Below are positions 1 to 9,896 of a stretch of 64,000 nucleotides of DNA, piece after piece. The position numbers were made by a program, and so were the translations under genes. Within the stretch, counting starts at the first letter, position 1; every line of letters begins with the position of its first letter. This DNA is from Mustelus asterias (lineage: Eukaryota): positions 62,001-126,000 of the forward strand of contig NW_027590123.1 of NCBI RefSeq assembly GCF_964213995.1. The letters are read 5' to 3'. The notes beneath the pieces are model-generated. The model was given only the letters and a program-made list of their open reading frames with translations, ran no database searches and was not told where the DNA came from.

Positions 1-1320
1 TCCCAGGCTTTTCCCTGCAGCCCTTTTTAAACAAAGGCACAACATTTGCCACCGTCCAATCTTCAGGCACCTCACCTGCGACTATCGATGATTCAAATAT
101 CTCTGCTAGGGGACTCGCAATTTCCCCCCCTAGCCTCCCACAGTGTCCTGGGATACACTTCATCAGGTCCCAGGGATTTATCTACCTTGATGTGCTTTAA
201 GACTTCCAGCACCTCCTTCTCTGTGATAAGTACATTCCTCAAGACATCACTATTTTTTTCCCCCAAGTTCCTTAACATCCATCCCTTTCTGAACAGTGAA
301 TACTGATGAGAAATATTCATTTAGGATCTCACCCATCTCTTGTGGATCCGCACATAGATGACCTTGTTGATCCTTAAGAGGTCCTACTCTCTCCCTAGTT
401 ACTCTTTTGCCCTTTATGTATTTGTAGAACCTCTTTGGATTCTCCTTTGCCTTATCTGCCAAAACAATCTCGTGTCTTCTTTTTGCTCTCCTGATTTCTC
501 TCTTAACTCTACTCCTACACCCCCTAAACTCTTCAAGGGATACACTTGATCCCAGCTGCCTATGCATGTCATGTGCCTCCTTCTTCTTCTTGACCAGGGC
601 CTCAATATCTTGAGTCATCCAGGGTTCCTACTTCTCCCAGCCTTGCCCTTCACTCGAAGAGGACTGTGCTTACCCTGAACCCTGGTTAAAACACTTTTGA
701 AAGCCTCCCACTTACCAGACGTCCCTTTGCCTTCCCACAGACTCCCCCAGTTAACTGTCGAAAGTTCCTGCCTGATACCATCAACATTGGCCTTTCCCTA
801 ATTTAGAATTTTAACTTTTGGGCCAGACCAATCATTCTCCATAGCTATCTTAAAACTAATGGAATTATGGTCACTGGTCCCAAAGTGATCCCTCACTAAC
901 ACTTCTGTCACCTGCCCTTCCTTATTTCCCAAGAGGAGGTCAAGTTTTGCCCCCTCTCTAGTCGAGCCACCCACATACTGAATGAGAAATTCCTCCTGAA
1001 TACACTCAACAAATTTCTCTCCATCCAAGCCTCTAATACTATGGCTGTCCCAGTCAATGTTGGAAAGTTAAAATCTCCGACTATTACCACCCTATTTTTC
1101 TTGGAACTATCTGTAATCTCCTTACATATTTGCTCCTCAATTTCCCACCGACTATTTGGGGGCCTATAGTACAACTCTATCAAAGTGATTTCCCCCTTCT
1201 TATATCGACTCAATCGGCGAACCCTCGGATATATCCCCTCTCAGTACTGCCGTGATGTTTTCCTGAATCAAAAGTGCAACTCCCCCTCTTTTCTTTTCTC
1301 CTGTTCTATCTTTCCTATGG
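1..1320 (-). mobile_element. CR1-clade LINE ORF2 fragment (endonuclease to linker), frameshifted
   Basis: ORFs 908..1213 (YYRPPNS, VIVGDFN), 798..1028 (LDLLLGN, SDHN), 250..618 (KENPKRFYKYIK) and 93..320 (DKSLGPDEVYPR) match CR1 ORF2 motifs. Confidence 0.9.
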
Positions 1321-2228
1321 CAGCTTATTTTTAAATTGTTTTTAAATCGCCCAGAAACTCGTGTCTATTTTAGTTTATAATTGTGGATTTATTGGAGCCA
1401 GTTAAATGTGGAAATTTTAAGCGTAGCCTGGAGGAATTTGGAATAACTATGAGAATTTTATTGTGTTGTCACCTCAACCCAAGATAAAGAACAAAGATTT
1501 TGCAAATGGTAACGTTTGGGATTTTAAATCACCAAAGACGAGATGTTGCCTGTAAAGTCAGGCTTTGGAAGTTGGCTTAAAAAAGGTTAAGTTACGATGA
1601 AGGAGAATGAAGGATCTTGTACCTTATTTTAATCAAGGAGTTGTGAGCTTGTCGTGCTCTGTCACTTTAAGAAGCTATTGCTGCGAGAGAGAATGCTGAG
1701 GATTCATTGTTTGAAATTTACGAGCTGTGAGAATCTGTGTGTTTTGTTTGTTTTATGTGGATGTTTGTAGATGTGTTTTATCATTGTTTTGGGCTACATT
1801 TGTTAAGGTTTATCTTTCTGGGGAATTAACCTTATCTTGAATCTTTAATTAAAGGCATTTTTGGAAGTTTAAAAACAGAATCACAAGAACGCTTAAGGAA
1901 TTCATTTTGGTTATTGTTGTTGTAAAGCACATGCTATGTTTCTCTGTTTGTGTGTGGATGATATTTGTGGGTTGAACGCTTCAGGCTTTGAGGTTTTCTG
2001 TCTGTGATTTAAATCAAACATTTAAAAAAGGAAGTGTAATTAATAAAATGTTTCTTTTCAAAAGTTATGAACCTGGAGCCATATTTACTGACCAGAGACA
2101 GGATTCCAGGATATTTTACTAAACATGCAGGAATTTTAATCCAGATAAAATTCACACGTGAGAATGAGTTTTAATTTGTAATGGTTATTTAAAATTTGGT
2201 ACACATGAAACGATTCTGACCAATCCTG

Positions 2229-2296
2229 TCATAGAAATCATAGAAACCCTACAGTGCAGAAGGAGGCCATTCGGCCCATCGAGTCTGCACCGACCA
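2229..2296 (-). mobile_element. 3' tail of HE1-like SINE or partner LINE
   Basis: catagaaaccctacagtgcagaaggaggccattcggcccatcgagtctgcaccgacc matches the tail of the full copy at 17905..18246. Confidence 0.75.
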
Positions 2297-2639
2297 GCAG
2301 TGCAGCAGTGCCTCACACTGTGCCCTACAGAGAGACGTTGAGAGCTGTTGGGTTTTACAAGTTATCCATGTTTTCAGAGCCATCACTTCATGTCCTGGTT
2401 TGAGAAGGATGGAGAAGTTAAAGTTAAACTTTCCTCCTTTTGCTGTTGATCCATACTTTGCTTTTTTATCTTTCTGACTTGTTACATTTTTAATGGTTAA
2501 TAAACTTTCTGAATTCACCATTTAAAATATCCTTTCTTGCCATATGGTGAAGTCACTGGAACCTGGTGTGATTTACGATTAGGCAGGTTATTGTAAACAA
2601 GAGAACCCCCATAAATCTTCGTTCAAACAAATCAAAGTT

Positions 2640-2826
2640 CTTATAAATGGAATGCTATCCTTTATTCTGAGAGAAATTGAACATAGAAGTAAAGATGTTC
2701 TGCTTCAGTTGTGCAGGGCGTAGCTGAGATTGCACCTTGAACACCGGGTACAATTTTGTCTCCTATTAAACAAAGGATATAAATACATTGGAAGCAGTTC
2801 AGAGGAGGTTCACAAGATTGATTCCC
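2640..2826 (+). mobile_element. degenerate CR1 RT C-terminal fragment
   Basis: nucleotide similarity to the LHLE..VQF..LEAVQRRFTR region of other CR1 copies in the window. Confidence 0.6.
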
Positions 2827-2914
2827 AATCCAGTAGTGTGAAACATTAACACTGTTTCTCTCTCCACAGATGCTGCAAGAAGTGTTGTGTTTTTCCAGTT
2901 CTTTCTGTATTTAT

Positions 2915-3515
2915 TTTAGATCTACCTGTAGTGGTAGGAAAAACACTATTTACTATCCAGGATAAAATAAATGTCCTTTCAGTGGAAATGTGCTCACCCA
3001 GGCTCAAAGAGCATCAGAGAACTAGAAGCAAAGTTGTGAGACCGGCCAGTCCAGCAGAAAGAAACCCTCCGACCCTCCCACTTCATCCACCGTCAAAATG
3101 AACATGGTTCAGTCCTGGATGTGATTAATAGCAGCAATAACAACAGAACCCAACCCCTGTCATCATTTGTGAACTCACTGGTGTCTCTGCAGGCTGGATG
3201 ATTGAGTGAATCCTTTCCCACACGGAGCAGGGGAATGGTCTCTCCCCAGTGTGAACTCACTGGTGTTCCCGCAGGCTGGATGACCTTTTAAACCTCTGTG
3301 CAGTGAGAGCAGCTGAACGGTCTCTCCTCAGTGTGAATGCACTGGTGGATCATCACATCCCGAGAACTTTTGAAACCACTTCCACAATCCGAGCAGTTAA
3401 AGGGTGTCTCATTGGTGTGAGTGAGATTGTGGCTCAGCAGGCTGGATGAATGAGTGAATTCCTTCCCACACACAGAGGAGGTGAATGGTCTCTCCCTGGT
3501 GTGAACTCACGGTGT
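2915..3515 (-). pseudogene. 3' end of a ZNF paralogue (about 4 decayed fingers plus conserved 3' element)
   Basis: ORF 3288..3473 CGKEF..HTNETPF..CSHC; HK*-* end near 3160-3170; 3' element is the reverse complement of 6680..6950. Confidence 0.85.
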
Positions 3516-3715
3516 GATCACACGGGTTGGATTCTGCTGTTATTGTTTCTGCTCTCAATTACATCCAGGACTGCATTTTGTTCATTCTCACAGTTGGTCA
3601 ATGGGGAGGGTCGGAGGGTTTCTTTCTGCTGGACTGACCGGTCTCACAAAGTTTGCCTCCAGTGGGCTGATGCTCTTTGAGACTTGTTGCGAATACCTGG
3701 TTTCAGATTTCACAC

Positions 3716-3930
3716 CACATTCTGAGGTGTTGACCAATGGGAACTCTGGAGGACCGGAAGGACTCTGGTCCTCCAGCCAATCAGAGCTCCTCCATTGTCT
3801 GAATGCGGAAGTGGACAATGAGCTTGTTCAGCTGCTCATTCCTGCCCAGCAAAGCTGCTGCTGCTCTCTCTCTGAATGAAGATTGAGCTTCAGACAGACT
3901 CAACCTTCCTCCTGTCTCTAACATCTGGGA
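3716..3930 (+). promoter_or_regulatory. recurrent ZNF promoter/first-exon module (CCAAT - GGAGGACC..GGTCCTCC - CCAAT)
   Basis: homologous copies near 10190..10365(-), 20740..20890(+), 32690..32830(-) and 33055..33260(+); followed by catct|GTGAGT donor at 4061. Confidence 0.65.
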
Positions 3931-3936
3931 GAGTGT

Positions 3937-4009
3937 GGGCCAGTGGCGCAATGGATAACGCGTTTGACTACGGATCAGAAGATTCCAGGTTCGACTCCTG
4001 GCTGGCTCG
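3937..4009 (+). tRNA. tRNA-Arg(ACG)
   Basis: 73 nt GGGCCAGTGGCGCAATGGATAACGCGTTTGACTACGGATCAGAAGATTCCAGGTTCGACTCCTGGCTGGCTCG. Matches vertebrate tRNA-Arg-ACG as recalled, except one C>T giving a G.U pair in the anticodon stem. A and B boxes intact; T4 run at 4035..4038. Confidence 0.95.
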
Positions 4010-5021
4010 ATTTGAAAAATAGTTTGTGAGCTCCTTTTGACCTAAAAGAGGCCAACATCTGTGAGTAAAACACTTTCTTTGCTCCGCTTTTGCGTTTCTT
4101 TTGCATTCTGGGGGAAATTGGGGACTTGTTGAATTTTTAACTTCCAGGTCACCACTCGCTGCCTGAATAAAAATCCTCCTCACATTCTTCATGTATCTGT
4201 AACCAGGTAATACAGTGCATTACACACATCATCAATCATTAAAACTTTAAAGTGGCTGTCAGCTTGAAGATTAATCATAGATCATTTGCACTTCCACAAC
4301 CCCCTGAGGCAGCGGCTTCCAGGTAATGACCTTTCTGCACCTTTCTGCACCGAAATAAAATTCTTCCCCATACCCTTCTCCTTCTCCCAATCCAGTTATC
4401 CGGTCCCACATATGGCACAGATTTTAATTTCTAGCGTGTAGGCCGGTCATTACACGTAGATTTTCAGATCTCTGTGTCCAGTACAGGAAGTAGTCAGCAT
4501 GGATCCGTTAATCAGCCATAGACTTGGGAGGTTGTATACTCAGGAGAGCAGAGTGAGAATTGAGGGAGAATGTGTGGGATGGAGATTGACAGCTTTTGGG
4601 GAATGAGAGAGGAAAGAATGTTCCATAGAAACTAGAATTGTCTGTTCTGAATTTCTATCCTGTGCTGACAGTGATGTCTGTTGTAAATTCCTTTCATAGA
4701 TATCAGGAGATGAGGATTTATAGACAGAAATTTCAAACTAAACATCACATGAAGATTTGACCTCAATATCATCGACCTTTGAATCTAGAAAAGCAATGTT
4801 TGTCTGATCTGTTTGCTTCAGGAGATTTTAAACATCAGTGTGACTGGAACACACCCGAGTGAGAGTGTTCCAGTCCACCGATAGTGGAAAGAGCTTTAAC
4901 CAGTTACACAGGCTGAAACAACATTGCACTGTTTACAGTGAAGAGAGATCGTACACGTGTTCTGTGTGGACAAGGATTCAACTGATCATCAAACCTGGAG
5001 AGTCACAAGGACACCCGCATC

Positions 5022-6548
5022 ATGGAGAAACTGTGGAAATGTGACGATTGTGGACAAGGATTCATGTTGCCCTGTGATTTGGAAATCCATCAATGCAGTC
5101 ACACTCGGGAGAGACCCTTCACTTGCTCAGTGTGTGGGAAGGGATACATTAAGTTCTCCCACCTGCAGAGTCACAATCTCACTCACACCAATGAGAGACC
5201 CTTTAAATGCTCTGACTGTGGGAGCGGATTCAGAAGCTCTGGAGAACTGGTGTCCCACCAGCGCATTCACACTGAGGAGAGACCGTTCAGCTGCTCTCAC
5301 TGCACAATGAAATTTAAATGGTCATCCACACTGCGGAGACATCAGCGAGTTCACACCGGGGAGAGACTGTTCAGCTGCTCCATGTGTGGGAAGGGATTCT
5401 CTCGGTCCTCCGAACTGCGGGCACACCAGCGAATTCACACTGGGGAGAGACCGTTCACCTGCAATGTGTGTGGGAAGGGATTCTTTCGGTCATCCGCCCT
5501 GCTGACGCACAAAGTCACTCACACCAATGAGAGACCCTTTAAATGCTCTGACTGTGAGAGTTGCTTCAAAAGTTCTCGGGATCTGATGTCCCACCAGCGC
5601 ATTCACACTGAGGACAGACCGTTCAGCTGCTCTCACTGCACAATGAGATTTAGATCATCATCAAACCTGCGGAACCATCAGCGAGTTCACTCCGGGGAGA
5701 GACCATTCACTTGCTCTGACTGTGGGAAGGGATTCACGCAGTTATCCGCCCTGCTGACACACCAGCGAGTTCACACCGGAGAGAGGCCATTCACCTGCTC
5801 TGTGTGTGGGAAGGGATTCACTAATTTATCCAACCTGCTGAGTCATAAAGTCACTCACACCAGTGAGAGGCCCTTTAAATGCTCAGACTGTGGGAGCGAA
5901 TTCAAAATTTCTGGGGAACTGGTGTCCCACCAGCGCATTCACACTGAGGACAGACCGTTCAGCTGCTCTCTCTGCACAAAGAGGTTTAAGAGGTCATCCA
6001 CACTGCAGAGACACCAGCGAGTTCACACCAGGGAGAGACCATTCATCTGCTCTGTGTGTGGGAAGGGATTCAGTCAGTCATTCACCCTGCTGACACACCA
6101 GCGTCTTCACACCGAGGAGAGACCATTTACCTGCACCGAGTGTGGGAAGGGATTCACTCTGTCATCCACCCTGCTGACTCACCAGCAAGTTCACAGCGGG
6201 GAGAGACCGTTCACCTGCTCAGAGTGTGGGAACAGATTCACTCGGTTATCCAGCCTGCACAGACACAAAGTCACTCACTCCCAGGAAAGACCCTTTAAAT
6301 GCTTTGACTGTGGGAGTGGCTTCAAAATTTCTGAGCATCTGATAGACCACCAGCGCATTCACACTGGGGAGAGACCGTTCAGCTGCTCTCACTGCACAAA
6401 GAGGTTTGGAAGGACATGCACACTGAGGAGACACCAGCGAGTTCACACTGGGAGAGACCATTCACCTGCTCTGTGTGTGCGGAAGGATTCTCTCGATACC
6501 CCAGCTGCTGACGCACAATGTCCCTCACACCCAGGAGAGACCCTTTAA
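5022..6548 (+). CDS. C2H2 zinc-finger protein, 17 tandem fingers, frameshifted tail
   Basis: 508-aa ORF with HTGERPF linkers; a 1-nt deletion near 6450 shifts the last fingers out of frame. Confidence 0.9.
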   Translation: MEKLWKCDDCGQGFMLPCDLEIHQCSHTRERPFTCSVCGKGYIKFSHLQSHNLTHTNERPFKCSDCGSGFRSSGELVSHQRIHTEERPFSCSHCTMKFKWSSTLRRHQRVHTGERLFSCSMCGKGFSRSSELRAHQRIHTGERPFTCNVCGKGFFRSSALLTHKVTHTNERPFKCSDCESCFKSSRDLMSHQRIHTEDRPFSCSHCTMRFRSSSNLRNHQRVHSGERPFTCSDCGKGFTQLSALLTHQRVHTGERPFTCSVCGKGFTNLSNLLSHKVTHTSERPFKCSDCGSEFKISGELVSHQRIHTEDRPFSCSLCTKRFKRSSTLQRHQRVHTRERPFICSVCGKGFSQSFTLLTHQRLHTEERPFTCTECGKGFTLSSTLLTHQQVHSGERPFTCSECGNRFTRLSSLHRHKVTHSQERPFKCFDCGSGFKISEHLIDHQRIHTGERPFSCSHCTKRFGRTCTLRRHQRVHTGRDHSPALCVRKDSLDTPAADAQCPSHPGETL

Positions 6549-6679
6549 ATGCTCTGACTGTGGGAATGGTTTCAAAAGCTCTCAGGAACTGATGATCCAC
6601 CAGTCCATTCACAGCTGCTGTGTGTGGGAAGAAATTCACCAGTTCATCCCTCCTGCTGAGACACCAGCGAGTTCACAAG

Positions 6680-6950
6680 TGATGACAGGGGTTGGATTCT
6701 GCTGTTATTGCTGCTGTTAATCACATCCAGGACTGAACCATGTTCATTCTGACAGTTGGTGAAGCGGGAGGGTCGGAGGGTTTCTTTCTGCTGGACTGGC
6801 TGGTCTCACAACTTTGCTTCCAGTGGGTTGATGCTCTCTGAGCCTGGGAGAGCACATTTCCACTGAAATGACCCACACAAACTGACGAAGAACATTTATT
6901 TTATCCTGGACAGTAAATAATGTTTTTCCTACCACTACAGGTAGATCTAC
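6680..6950 (+). repeat. conserved ZNF 3' element (3'UTR), cluster-wide
   Basis: copies at 2915..3165(-), 3515..3716(+), 22419..22473(+), 29705..29928(-), 55698..55895(+) and 63015..63200(-). Confidence 0.85.
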
Positions 6951-7502
6951 AGTAAGTACATTTGTCTCTGTTCCATTGAGTCTACAGCACAGGGCCGGGC
7001 CAGTCGGCCCAATTGGTCTGTGTCAGTATTTATGCTCCACATGAGCCTCCACCCACCCCTCTTCATCTCCCCCCATCAGCATATCCTTCTATTCCTCTCT
7101 CCCTCATGTATGTATCTAGCTTCCCCTTCAATGTATTCATGATGTTCACCTCAACCACTCACTGTGGTAGTGAGTTCCACATTCTCACCACTCGCTGGTA
7201 AAGAGGTTTCTCACTGAAATCCCTATTGGATTATTGAACCCCTTCATAATCTTAAAGACTTCCATCAGGTCACCCTTCAGTCTTCTCTTTTCTAGAGAAA
7301 AGCAGCCCCAGCCTTTCCTGAGGGTTAAATGCTCTCAGTTCTGGGATTATTCTTGTGAATCTTTGTTGCTCCTTCTCCAGTGCCTCTATTTCCTTTTTCT
7401 AAATGGAGATCACAAATGTTGACAATGCTCCCAGTGTAGCCGAACCCTGATTCTAAACAAGTTGAACAGAACCTCCCTGCTGTTCAATTCTATCCCTCTA
7501 GA

Positions 7503-7645
7503 ATGGAACCCTATACATGGGCCCCACACTTTAGGAAAGATGTGAAGTCCTTAGAGAGGGTGCAGAGGAGATTTACAAGAATGACTCCAGGGATGAGGGA
7601 CTTCAGTGAGTTCGAGAGACTGGAACAGCTGAAATTTCTTTCTTT
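7503..7645 (+). mobile_element. CR1 fragment
   Basis: WAPHFRKDVKSLERVQRRFTRM. Confidence 0.75.
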
Positions 7646-8339
7646 AGATCAGACAGGCATGAGGATTGGGAATGGGGCCATTCATCCCATTGAGTCCATG
7701 CTGGCTCTCTGTAGATCAAACTGTTGCCCTGTTCTCTCTCCGTGTCCCTGTGGATTTATTTCCCTGAAATGCCCGTCCAATTTCCTTTTGGAAACATTCC
7801 ATTATCTCTGCTTCAGCCGCTCGTGGGAAGTGAGTCCCAGATATTTACCACTTCAAATGCAAACGAGGAGCAGAGAGCACAAAAGGAGGCCGTGTGACCC
7901 ATTGTGCCCCTGCTGCCTCTTCAAACATTCTCAGCAACAAGGTCAGGGAAGACATGTTAAATTCGAACATGTGACTGGAGCGTTATTTTAAAAATTAATG
8001 TTGGATTCACCTCCATGCTTGTGGAAGCTGCATAGCTGGCAGGAATTGTATAAACTAAGAATTTCTTCTTTGAATTTGATCAGTTGGAAGACATTATATT
8101 CTGTCAAATCTGGCTCAAGAATAAGGTTGATTGCTCAGTTTAAGTAGAAAGAAAGCTATTGGCTTGCAGCAAGTGTCTTTTCGAACCAGTATATCTTGTA
8201 TTAACCTGATTCAGTTGTGGGACATGGGCGTCGCTGGCTGGTCAACATTTGTTGCCCATCCCTAGATGCCCTTGTTCAGAGGGCAGTTGAGAGTCAACCA
8301 CATTCTATGAACCAAATGTGTTCATTAAATATTACTGTA

Positions 8340-9795
8340 TTTAGAACAAAGAACAAAGAAAATTACAGCACAGGAACAGGCCCTTCCGCCCTCCAAGCCT
8401 GCACCGACCATGCTGCCTGACTTAACGAATACCCCATACCCTTCCGGGGACCATATCCCTCTATTCCCATCCTATTCATGTATTTGTCAAGATGCCCCTT
8501 AAAAGTCACTACCGTATCCGCTTCCACTACCTCCCCCGGCAACGGGTTCCAGGCACCCACTACTCTCTGTAAAAAATCTGCCTCGTACATCTCCTTTAAA
8601 CCTTGCCCCTCACACCTTAAACCTGTGCCCCCTAGTAATTGACTCTTCCACCCTGGGAAAAAGCATCTGACTATCCACTCTGTCCATGCCTCTCATAATC
8701 TTGTGGACTTCGATCAGGTCACCCCTCAACCTCCGTCATTCCAGTGAGAACAAACCAAGTTTCTCCAACCTCTCCCCATAGCTAATGCCCTCCGTACCAG
8801 GCAACATCCTGGTAAATCTTTTCTGTACCCTCTCCAAAGCCTCCACATCCTTCTGGTAGTGTGGCGACCAGAATTGAACACTATATTCCAAGTGCGGCCT
8901 AACTAAGCTTCTCTGAAGCTGCAACACGACTTGCCAATTTTTAAACTCAATGCCCCAGCCAATGAAGGCAAGCATGCCGTATGCCTTCTTGACTACCTTC
9001 TCCACCTGCATTGCCACTTTCAGTGACCTGTGTATCTGTACACCCAGACCCCTTTGCCTATCAATACTCTTAAGGGTTCTGCCATTTACTGTATATTTCC
9101 TATCTGTATTAGACCTTCCAAAATGCATTACCTCACATTTGTTCAGATTAAACTCATCTGCCAGCTCTCCGCCCAAGTCTCCAACCAATCTATATCCTCT
9201 GATGGTCCTCATCACTATCTGCAAATCCAGCAACCTTTGTGTCGTCCGCAAACTTTCGAATCAAACCAGTTACATTTTCCTCCAAATCATTTATATATAT
9301 ATATAAAAAACAGCAAAGGTCCCAGCACTGATCCCCGAGGAATGCCACTTGTCACAGCCCTCCATTCAGAAGCACACCCTTCCACTGCTACCCTCTGTCT
9401 TCTTTGACCGAGCCAGTTTTGCATCCACCTTGCCAGCTCACCTCTGATCCCATGCGACTTCTCTTTCTGCACCAGTCTGCCATGAGGGACCTTGTCTAAG
9501 GCCATGTAGACACCATCCACTGCTCTACCCTTATCAATCATCTTCGTCACTTCCTCGAAAAACTCGACCAAGTCCGTGAGACACGACCTCCCCTTCACAA
9601 AACCATGTTGCCTCTCACTAATACATCCACTTAATTCCAAGTGGGAATAAATCCTGTCTCGAAGAATCCTCTCCAATAATTTCCCTATTACTGATGTAAG
9701 GCTCACCGGCCTGTAATTACCTGGATTATTCTTGCTACCTTTCTTAAACAAAGGAGCAACATTGGCTATTCTCCAATCCTCTGGGACCTCCCCTG
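8340..9795 (-). mobile_element. 5'-truncated CR1 (HER1-like) LINE, RT domain to 3' tail
   Basis: PGNYRPVSLTS, QHGFVKGRSCLT, GSVLGPLLF, RPHLEYSVQFWSP; repeat tail at 8342..8362. Confidence 0.95.
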
Positions 9796-9796
9796 T

Positions 9797-9860
9797 ATGA
9801 TGTGGAGATGCCGGTGTTGGACTGGGGTAAACACAGTAAGAAGTTTAACAACACCAGGTT
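9797..9860 (-). mobile_element. Penelope-like element terminal fragment
   Basis: gtaagaagtttaacaacaccaggtt is near-identical to the end of the 10844..11630 element. Confidence 0.6.
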
Positions 9861-9896
9861 CCTCTGGCCCCACACATAGATTCCCTCCCCTATCCT

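Noticed and set aside
6680-6950. SECIS element explaining the conserved UGA codons
   Set aside because: No convincing AUGA..AA..GA kink-turn stem could be found by eye, and one 5' stop is TAA.
3716-6950. ZNF cassette as an autonomous mobile element or retrocopy
   Set aside because: Introns and old flanking repeats are co-duplicated; no TIR, TSD, poly(A) or transposase seen.
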